A stretch of 20,000 nucleotides of DNA from Chiloscyllium plagiosum. Its lineage: Eukaryota. Positions within the stretch are counted from its first letter, which is position 1, and every line of letters starts with the position of its first letter. Position numbers and translations under genes: made by a program. This document shows, in pieces, positions 10,879-19,471 of the stretch. The stretch covers positions 12,448,127 through 12,468,126 of the forward strand of contig NC_057755.1 in the NCBI RefSeq assembly GCF_004010195.1. Direction: 5' to 3'. The notes below the pieces were generated by a model that saw nothing but the letters and a program-made list of their open reading frames with translations, was not told the DNA's origin and searched no databases.

Positions 10879-13011
10879 AACAACTCACTGGAGGAGGAGG
10901 CTCCACAAATATTCCCCTCCTCAATGACGGAGGAGCCATCAGTGCAAAAGATAAGGCTGATGAATTTGCAACAACCTTCAGTCAGAAGTACTGAGTGGAT
11001 GATCCATCTCGGGCTCCTCCAGTGGTCCCCAGTTTCACAGATACCAGTCTCCATCCAATTCAATTCACTCCACATGATATCAAGAAGCGACTGTGGGCAC
11101 TGGATACTGCAAAGGCAATAGGCCCGAAGACGTGTGTGCCAGAACGTGCCCCTCCCTTAGCCAAGCTCTTCCAGTACAGTTACAGCACTGGCATCTACCC
11201 AACAATGTGGAAAACTACCCAGGCATGTCCTGTACACAAAAAGCAGGACCAATCCAACCGAGCCAATTACCGCCCAATCAGTCTACTCTTTACCATCAGT
11301 AAAGTAATATAAGGGGTCATCAACAATGATATCAAACAGCACCTGCTCAGCAATAACCTGCTCAGTGATGCCCAGTTTGGGTTTCACCAAGATCACTCAG
11401 CTCCTGATCTCATTACAGCCTTGGTTCAAACATGGACAAAACAGCTGAATTCCAGAGGGGAGGTGAGAGTGACAGCCCTTGACATCAAGGCCATAATCAA
11501 CTGAGTATGGCATCAGGGAGCCCTGGCAAAACTGGAATTAGTGGCTATCACGAGGCAAATACTTCACTGGTTAGAATTATACCTGGAACAAAGGAAGGTG
11601 GTTGTGGTTGTGGAGGGTCAGTCATCTCAGCTCCAGGACACCTCTGCAGGAGTCCCTCAGGGTAGAGTCCTAGACCCAACAATCTTCAGCTGCTTCATCA
11701 ACGACCTTCTCTCTGTCATAAGGCCAGAGGTCAGAATGTTCGCTGATGATTGCACCATTCGTGGTTTAGCACCATTTGTGGTTCTTCAGATACTGAAGCA
11801 GTCCGTGCTCAAATGTAACAAGATCTGGACAATATCCAGGCTTGGGCCACAAGTGGCAAGTAACATTCGTGCCACACAAATACCAGACAATGAAAAGCAC
11901 TCTAGCCACTGTCCCTTGACATTCAACTGTATTACCATCACTGAATCCCCCACTGTCAACATCCTTGGGGTTACCATTGACCAGAAACTCAACTGGACTC
12001 ACCACATAAACACAGTGACTACAAGAGCAAGTCAGAGACTAGGGATACTGTGGCGAGTAACTCACCTCCTGACACCCCAAAGTCTATCCACCATCTACAA
12101 AGCACAAGTCAAGAATGTGATGGAAACTCCCTACTTGCCTGGATGGGTGCAGCTCCAACAACACTCAAGAAACTTGAAACCATCCAGAACAAAGCAACCT
12201 CCTTGACTGGCACCATATCTACAAATATTCAATTCCTCCACCACCGGCGCTCAGTAGCAGCAGTAGATGCACTGCAGAAATTTACCAACGATCCTTAGAC
12301 AGCACCTTCCAAATGGCAGAGTTGATTACATACCTTGCGTCAGTTTTATGGTACAACACACTAATAGCATTCCAAAAATACGAAAGAGAGGAGGAGATAA
12401 ACAAAAACTTGCATAAGAGAAAACCTACTGGGAAACTGGTGGGGCTAAAGGCTGATTGGTCTCCTGGAAATGATAGGTTGCATCCTTGGACATTTAAGGA
12501 AGTAGGTACAGAGGTAATAAGTGCGCTGGTAGTAACATTCCAAGAATCATTAGATTCTGTGAAAGCCCCAGAGGATTGGAGAACAGCAAATTAAACTGCC
12601 TTCTTAAAAAAAGGAAAGAGGCAAAAACAAAATGTGTCATTATGGAATTCTTGGTCACAGATGGTTGTAAAGATTGTATTGTTAAGTATATTGAGGACTG
12701 AGATAAATAGATTTTTACTTAGTAAGGGAACCAAGGGTTATTGGAACAAGGCACAGAAGTGGAAATGATCAACTATGATCTCACTGAATGGCAGAGCAGA
12801 CTTGATAGACTCAAATACCTGCTTCTGTTCCTCTCTCTTATGAACTCATTAAAAGATCCCACATGTGCGTTTCCCACCTCCTGATGTGAAATTAGATTAA
12901 TGTATTGCTACATTCCAAATTGGTACAGCATTATTGTTATTTTACACAAACGTGTATTTTATTCCTATATATCCACAGACAGTTTGTGAAATGAATGTAT
13001 TGTGATTTTAG

Positions 13012-13107
13012 GGCATTCTTATTAGCTGGACCAAAGGCTTCACTGCCACTGGTGTGGAAGGACAGGAAGTTATTTCTCTGTTGAAAGAAGCTATTACAAG
13101 AAATGGA
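13012..13107 (+). CDS. Hexokinase-family gene, internal 96-bp exon (equivalent to exon 5 or 13 of HK1-3/HKDC1, exon 5 of GCK)
   Basis: ttttag|GGC...GGA|gtgagt; phase 0-0; translates [32 protein letters not shown] with the hexokinase WTKGF glucose-binding motif; 96-bp size matches the conserved HK exon. Confidence 0.96.
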
Positions 13108-13193
13108 GTGAGTATTATGGAAAACTGTTGTTCATGAACAGAAAATCTGCTGATTACTGAAACTTGTCATGATTTCTGTTTTGTTGCTTCTAG

Positions 13194-13293
13194 GAGTTGG
13201 ATTTAGACATTGTGGCACTTCTGAATGACACGGTGGGAACTATGATGTCTTGTGCTTATGAGCATCCTAACTGTGAGATTGGAATGATTGTAG
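13194..13293 (+). CDS. Hexokinase-family gene, internal 100-bp exon (equivalent to exon 6 or 14)
   Basis: ttgcttctag|GAG...GTA G|gtagga; phase 0-1; translates [33 protein letters not shown](G) with the catalytic NDT aspartate; 100-bp size matches the conserved HK exon; 86-bp intron at 13108-13193. Confidence 0.96.
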
Positions 13294-13408
13294 GTAGGAT
13301 TGTTCTAGATTGAAACTTTTCACTGTGTATGATTTTTTTCCATTTACACTGCTAAACTTTGGCTGTGACAGGTTTCTTTAAGTAATACTGGACCACAGTC
13401 GTCATCTC

Positions 13409-14231
13409 TTTTTATTCAGTCATGGTATGTGGGCATCGTTGCTTTGGCCAGCAATTTTTTTCTATGCCAAATTGCCTGTGAGAAAATGGAGGTGAGCTGC
13501 CTTCTTGCAATGCTGCAGTCCATATAGGTACATTTCAATAGTGCACAATCACTACAGATCTATTACAGAGAGAGTTCTCAGGTTTTGACCCAGGGATATT
13601 AAAGGAACAGTGGTGTATTTCCATGTCAGGATGGTGAGTGGCTTAGAAGGGAACTTGCAGAAGGTTATATTCCCATGTATCTGCTCCCCTTGTCCTTCTA
13701 GATGATGGTGGTCATGGGTTTGGAAAGCATTGTCTCAGGAGCTTTGATGAGCTGGTTTGTCCCAGGTGATGCAAAGCTTCGAGTGTTTTTGGAGCTGCAC
13801 TCATTCAGGTAGGTGGACAGTATTCCATCACACTCCTGATTTGTGCCTTGTAGATGGTCAACCCAAAGCCAGATATTGTACAAGCCTTGTTGGATTTGGA
13901 CATGGAAGGCTTCTGTACCTGAGGAATCACAAATGTCTAATAGTCTAATCATTAACAAGCATCCTCACTTCTGATTTTATGATGGGGGAAAGGTTATTGA
14001 TGAAACAGCAGGTTATGGTATTGTCTTGACACTACCCCAGGAGGTGTCCTGGAGCTGAGATGATTGACCTCTTATAATCACAACCATCTTCCTTTGTGCT
14101 AGGTATGATTCTAACCAATGAAGAGGTTTCCCCTGATTGCACTGAGTCTGGTTTTATTACAACTCCTTGATTCTACACTTGCATCAAATGTAACCTTAAT
14201 GTCAAGGACAGTCACCTCGCCTCTGGAATTG
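13409..14231 (-). mobile_element. 3' portion of the same CR1/L2-group LINE family as 9106-12312, with tail
   Basis: Reverse complement aligns with 11447-11850 and 12090-12312 (e.g. TCATCTCAGCTCCAGGACACCTC, CCATCTACAAxGCACAA); ends GCTGGCCAAAGCAACGATGCCCACATACCATGACTGAATAAAAA. Confidence 0.85.
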
Positions 14232-14320
14232 GGTGATCAGAAGAGTGCTGAGTCTTGGAGCAAGTGTGTTGTGAAATCTTTTAGTCTGAGACTGATCAGG
14301 AATGGGGGGGAATCAGTGAG

Positions 14321-14545
14321 TGGATTAGAGTGATGCTGGAAAAGCACAGCAGTTCAGGCAGCATCCGAAGACCAGGAAAATCGATGTTTCGGGCAAAAGC
14401 CCTTCATCAGGAATTGAGGCAGAGTGCCTGCAGGGTGGAGAGATAAATGAGAGGAGGATGGAGGTGGGGAGAAAGTAGCATAGAGTACAATAGGTGAATG
14501 GGGGTGGGATGGAGGTGATAGGTCAGAGAGGAGGGTGGGGGAGGG
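14321..14545 (-). mobile_element. Penelope-like pLTR fragment
   Basis: GCTGGAAAAGCACAGCAGTTCAGGCAGCATC parallels the terminus at 6280-6650 (GTTGGAAAAACTC/AGCAGATCTGGCAGCAT); includes a hammerhead-like core and a pyrimidine-rich tract on the minus strand. Confidence 0.75.
14378..14415 (-). ncRNA. Minimal hammerhead motif, probably damaged by CpG decay
   Basis: Reverse complement AAUUC-CUGAUGA-A-GGGC-UUUU-GCCC-GAAA-CAUC-GAUUU; core and stem II intact, helix III reads ACAU instead of palindromic ACGU. Confidence 0.6.
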
Positions 14546-14957
14546 TACCAAAGAGTACACTGGGGGTTACAGGGGTTTGAGTAGATTTTGCATTAAATGA
14601 TTTTGAATTGGACAAGTTTGGAGTGAGTGATTGAGGGATTGGATCTGTGTCAGAATGAGTCACTAGAAAATAATTTGTGTCTCCAAATAAGTGATTAGGG
14701 AATCAGACTTGTCCTAGAATTGGTGTCAGCTGATTCTTAGAATGAGTAATAAGGAAGTCATCTGATCCCAAACTCTGTGATCGGAGACCAGGTGTGATGG
14801 GGATTAAATGAGTCTCAGAGGAAGTGGTCAAGTGATTGCAGAAAAAGTTTAGGATACACTGAGTGAGTGGTCATGGGGGTGAGGGATTTGGTGAGTCAGG
14901 CAGTTGGCGATGGAGGAATTGGGTGAATTCCAGAGAAAATGATCAGTAGATTGGCTT

Positions 14958-15994
14958 AGTCATAGATTCATAGAATCCTACAGCATGGAGACAGGTCCTT
15001 TGGCCCAAATTGCTCCATGCCAACAAGATTCTTGTCCATCCACAGTAACCCCATTTCCCTGCACTTGGCCCATATCCTTTTACACCTTTCCTATCCATGT
15101 ATCTGTCCAAATGCCTTTTCAATGTTGTTAATGTACCTGCCCCAACCACTTCCACTGGCAGCTTATTACATATGCGTACCACCCTCTGTGTAAAATATTG
15201 CCCCTCAGTTCCCTTTTATTCCTTCCCCTCTAACTTTAAACTGATGCCTTCTAGTCCTTGATTCCCCAGCCATGGGAAAAAGCATTCACCCTGTCCATGC
15301 CTCTCATGATCTTATACACTTTGATAAAATCCCCCCTCAGTCTCCTATGGTCTAAAGAAAAAAAGAAGTCCTAGCTTGTCCAACCTCTCCCTGTAACTCA
15401 GACCATTGAGTCCAGTCCTTGTAAATTTCCTCTGCACTCTTACCAGTTTAATAACATCCTTACTATAACAAGGTGACCAAAACTGAATACAATATTCTAA
15501 CTGTGGCCTCCCTAATGTCCTACATAACTGCAACATAATTTCCCAACTTCTATACTCAATGGCCTGACTAGAGGCTAGTGTGCCAAAAGCCTTCTTTACT
15601 GCCCTGCCTACCTGTGACTTCACTTTCAGAGAACCGTGTACCTGAACTCCAAGGTCCCTCTGCTCCACTACACTCCTTAAGGCCCTACCATTCACCATGA
15701 AATCCCTACCTTGATTTGACTTTCCAAAATTCAAGACCTCACACTTATCTATATTAAGCTCCATTTGCCATTTCATGGCCCACTTCCCTAGCTGATCGAG
15801 ATCCTTGTGTAATTTCTGAAAACCTTCCTCACTGTCCATGATACTGCCTATTGTAGTGTCATCTGCAAACTTACTAATCATACCTTGTATATTCTCATCC
15901 AAATCATTGATTTCGATAACAAACAGTAATGGGCCCAGCACTGACCCCCGAGGCACTCCACTAGTCACAGACCTCCAGGCTGACAAGTGTCCTT
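14958..15994 (-). mobile_element. CR1 LINE 3' ~1 kb (left arm of inverted pair)
   Basis: ORF 15345-16031(-): [48 protein letters not shown]; 3' tail GGATTCTATGAATCTATGACT. Confidence 0.93.
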
Positions 15995-16015
15995 TCAATT
16001 TTACATGATCAATGA

Positions 16016-17205
16016 GTGTGAGGGAGATCATGACTCACAAATTTGTTAGAGTTCTTTCAGGAAGTGCCCAGGAAGGTTGACGAAGGCAGGGTGGTAGACA
16101 TAGTCTATATGGATTTCAGTAAGGCCTATGATAAAGTTCCAATTGGTAAATTGCTCCGGAAGGTTAGATTGCATGGAGTCCAGGGCGAGCTTGCAAATTG
16201 GATACAAAATTGGCTTGATGGCAGAAAGCAGAGGGTAATAGTGGAAGGATGCTTGTCGGACTGGAAGCCTGTGATTCGTGATGTGCCTCGGGGGTCAGTG
16301 CTGGGCCCTTTGCTGTTTGTTATCGAAATCAATGATAATGATGAGAATGTACAAGGCATGGTTAGTAAGTTTGCAGATGACGCTAAAATAAGCGGTATCA
16401 TGGGCAGTGAGAAAGGTTGTCAGAAATTTCAGCAGGATCTTGATCATTTGGGGAAGAGAGCTGAGAAATGGCAAATGGACTTTAATATAGATAAGTGTGA
16501 GGTCTTGCATTTTGGAAAGTCAAATCAAGGTAGGAGTTTCATGGTGAACGGTAAGGCTTAAGGAGCGTAGTGGAACAGAGGGACCTTGGAATTTAGGTAC
16601 ACGGTTCTCTGAAAGTGGAGTCACAGGTAGACAAGGCAGTGAAGAAGGCTTTTGGCATAGTGGCCTTCAGTCAGACCATTGAGTATAGAAGTTGGGAAAT
16701 TATGTTGCAGTTTTGTAGGGCAGTGGTGAGGCTACACTTGAAGTATTGTGTTCAGTTTTGGTCACAAGGATGTTATTAAACTGGAAAGAGTGCGGAAAGA
16801 AATTTACAAGGATATTGCCAGGACTCTATGATCTGATTTTTTTTAGGAGAGGTTGGACGAGTTAGGACATTTTTCTTTAGAGCACAGGAGACTAAGGGGA
16901 CAACTTAGAGAAGTGTATAAGACCGTGAGAGGCATGGATAGGATCAATGAATTCAGTCTTTTCCCAGGGGTGGGGAACCGAGGACTAGAGGGCATCAGTT
17001 TAAGGTGAGAGGGTGGTACGCATATGTAATGAGCTGCCAGTGGAAGTGGTTGAGGTGAATGTAGTAACAACATTTAAAAGGCATTTGGACAAACACATGG
17101 ATAGGAAAGGTGTAAAAAGATATGGGCCTAGTGCAAGAAAATAGGACGACATGGACCAGTTTGGACCAAAGGGCTTATCTCCGTTCTATAGGACTCTATG
17201 ACTTT
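16016..17205 (+). mobile_element. CR1 LINE 3' ~1.2 kb (right arm of inverted pair)
   Basis: ORF 16043-16561: [47 protein letters not shown]; tail TATAGGACTCTATGACT. Confidence 0.93.
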
Positions 17206-17480
17206 TTGGATTCATCCTAACCTTCTCCACTAAGGCTATCTCGTACTCCCTTTTTGCCCTCCTGATTTCCTTCTTCTGTAAACTCCTGTATCCTCTATAT
17301 ACCTCCTGGGATTCCCTTGATCCCAGCTATTTGTACCTGATCCTTGCCTCCTTCATTTTTCTGATCAAAGCCTCAATAGCTCTTGTCATCTAGGTATTCC
17401 TATTCCTGCCAACCTTGCCATTCACTCTCATAGGAATAGACATAGACATTGAACTATAGCTACCTCACTTTTAAAGGCCT
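17206..17480 (-). mobile_element. CR1 ORF2 endonuclease-RT linker fragment
   Basis: Reverse translation MTRAIEALIRKMKEARIRYK*LGS..KKEIRRAKREYEIALVEKVRMNPK, typical of the CR1 linker. Confidence 0.75.
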
Positions 17481-17559
17481 CTGTTGTTCAATCCCACCCT
17501 GTACGAGCGAGGTGACAACTACTTTATGTAGCCATGTAGGTTCCAAATTGGCTTTTGCT

Positions 17560-17900
17560 GAGGTCATTGAACATTTGTACCCTGAATGCATCTCAATTCT
17601 GGCAATGGTTTAGCAGTGTTGTTGGAATTAAATTTGGCTTTCACTCATGCCAATTACGACTTCAATCTTCAGCAGTTTTATCGCAATTGGAAGAGTGTTT
17701 TGTGCTTGGCATGACTTTGTCTTAGACTACTTCCCATGCCCTTCAGTACGAATGCCTCTCCACTCTAGGATTACCTTGTATATGTCAGTGCTGGGTTGGC
17801 TCAATTTCCTTATGATTCCTTTGACAGTTTTCACTGCTGCATCAACCTTTCCATTCTCTCTGCCCTTCGGACAGTGTTAGGGTGAATGTATTTTTACACA
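17560..17900 (-). mobile_element. Gypsy/Ty3 LTR-retrotransposon integrase relic
   Basis: Reverse translation NGKVDAAVKTVKGIIRKLSQPSTDIYKVILEWRGIRTEG, then after a frameshift AQNTLPIAIKLLKIEV; resembles the Gypsy IN core end (SNGxAExAVKxxK..DxYxALLEWRNTP..RTxLP). Confidence 0.6.
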
Positions 17901-17971
17901 ATCTCAACAGCGATTAAAATGTTGCAACTTGTTCTGGTTTGCTCACCAAGTCTGTTCCTATCACATAATTC

Positions 17972-18560
17972 TGATTTGATTTGATCTTGATTTGATTTTT
18001 TAATTTTAATTTTATTGTCATGTGTACTCAAGTACAAGAATACAGTTTAATGTCACCACACGGTGCTAGCTTTAATACAAGTATCCAGGTACAGAATCTT
18101 AAGAACAAATTAGAAAGAACAAAATGTTGAACATTGCAGTAATTACAATATTACATAAAACATATGAAATAAGGTTAAAAGTTACACATCGCTTAAGTGG
18201 AAAATAAAGAAATAAAGCTGTAAGTTCAAACATTACACTTTCTTAAGTGCTTAGCCATGGTGGGACTGCACATCAGGAAAAACCTCAAAATCAGAAGTCC
18301 GCACTGAGGCCATGCCATGCCAAGACACTGACACTGAGAGATTGCCAGGCCAAGAGACAACCATTCCAGACCGGGAGGCTGCCTTGCTAGGTCACAGCAT
18401 GGGGGGAGGCCGCTATACCAGACCAGGAGTTTGCCCTTCTAGGCTGGATCTGTGGCTGGGAGAAGAAAGAAGAGAGAAGAGAAAAAGAAACATAAAAGAG
18501 AAGAAAAAAGTGAGAGAAAAGGAAAAGGAAATGGACGGAGTGGATGAGCTCCTAGTTTCC
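17972..18560 (-). mobile_element. Unclassified non-coding retroposon-like element (possibly a Rex1/Babar-type tail)
   Basis: Minus-strand end GTACACATGACAATAAAA..(ATCAA)n microsatellite tail at 17972-18030; no recognisable protein; upstream boundary uncertain. Confidence 0.35.
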
Positions 18561-18649
18561 CAGTTTTTACCTCAGATTCCCAGTCATTTGAACAGGAATC
18601 GGTACGGGAAAAGCTGCAGTCTTTTTTACTTCAGTTGTGTTTTCATTAT

Positions 18650-19470
18650 GAACATAAACATAGGACTTAGAACATTACAGCACAATACAGGCCCTTTGGC
18701 CCTCAAAGTTGCACCAATCTGTGAAACTAATCTGATGCCTATCTATCCTACACCATTCTATTCTCATCCATATGCCTGTCTAAAGACTATTTAAATGCTC
18801 TTAAAGTTTGAGAGTCGACTGCTGTTGCAGGCAGTTCTTTCCACGCCCCTACAACTCTCTGAATAAAGAAACTACCTCTGACTCCTATCACCCCTCAATT
18901 TAAAGCCATGTCCCCTCGTGCTAGTCATTGCCATCTGAGGAAAAAGGCTCTCACTGTCCAACCTATCTAACTCTCTGATTATCTTACACCTGACACTTTT
19001 CTGCATTAAACTCCATTTGCCACCACTCAGCCCAGTTCTCCAGCTTATCTATGTCTCTCTGTACCTACAACATCCTTCGGCACTATGCACAACTCTACTG
19101 ACCCTTAGTGTCATCCACAAATTTACTAACCCAACCTTCTATGCCCTCATCCAGGTCATTTGTAAAAATGACAAACAACAGTGGACCCAAAACAGATCCT
19201 TGCAGTACCCCACTAGTAACTGAACTCCAGGATGAATATTTCCCATCAACAACCACCCTCTGTCTTCTTTCAGCTAGCCCAGTTCTGATCCAAACTGCTA
19301 GATCACCATCAATCCCACGCCTCTGTTCCTCTACACTGTCGAGGATCCTACCTTTAACCCTGTAATCTGCAATAAAATTCAACCTTCCAAAGTGAATCAT
19401 TTCACACTTTTCCAGGTTGAACTCCATCTGCAACTTTATCAGCCCAGTTCTGCTTCTTGTCAATGTCCCA
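18650..19470 (-). mobile_element. CR1 fragments (RT plus 3' UTR), internally deleted and out of order
   Basis: ORF 19095-19463(-) joins [19 protein letters not shown] directly to the normally upstream [30 protein letters not shown]1 tail GGGCCAAAGGGCCTGTATTGTGCTGTAATGTTCT at about 18665-18705. Confidence 0.85.
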
Positions 19471-19471
19471 T

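Larger units (their letters stand above)
9106..12312 (+). mobile_element. CR1/L2-group LINE (APE+RT, decayed) with a tRNA-derived DeuSINE-like 5' head; contains a nested HE1 SINE; 3' end missing
   Basis: Head 9106-9420 with A/B boxes; APE motifs (QPAIVILTES, RQDRPSRGGG, TYCPP, ILDLILTN, GKSDH); RT motifs (NYRPISL, QFGF, ALDIK, AGVPQG, FINDL, FADD, ILGVTID); many frameshifts. Confidence 0.88.
5520..12845 (+). mobile_element. Old, long CR1 copy split by nested insertions (pieces about 5520-6279, 7145-7400, 8531-8750, 12313-12845)
   Basis: Collinear pieces: ORF1 esterase-like end (HWHLDWNRYELLW*DEHHLNYIGSSVLT, cf. DGLHLN), APE endonuclease start (YLN..) and end (FLDLV..NE, GNSEYN cf. GxSDHN), NYNGMREELAEVNW, LKADWSPGND..PEDWRTAN, then a CR1 3' UTR at 12640-12845. 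Confidence 0.65.

Noticed and set aside
7569..12206. Bacterial RT system (retron, DGR or group II intron)
   Set aside because: The RT motifs (NYRPISL, QxGF, GVPQG, FADD), APE endonuclease and LINE tails identify vertebrate non-LTR retrotransposons.
18312..18794. 160-aa ORF with a K/E/R-rich segment
   Set aside because: It arises from a purine-rich low-complexity tract and runs into an antisense CR1 tail; no domain is recognisable.
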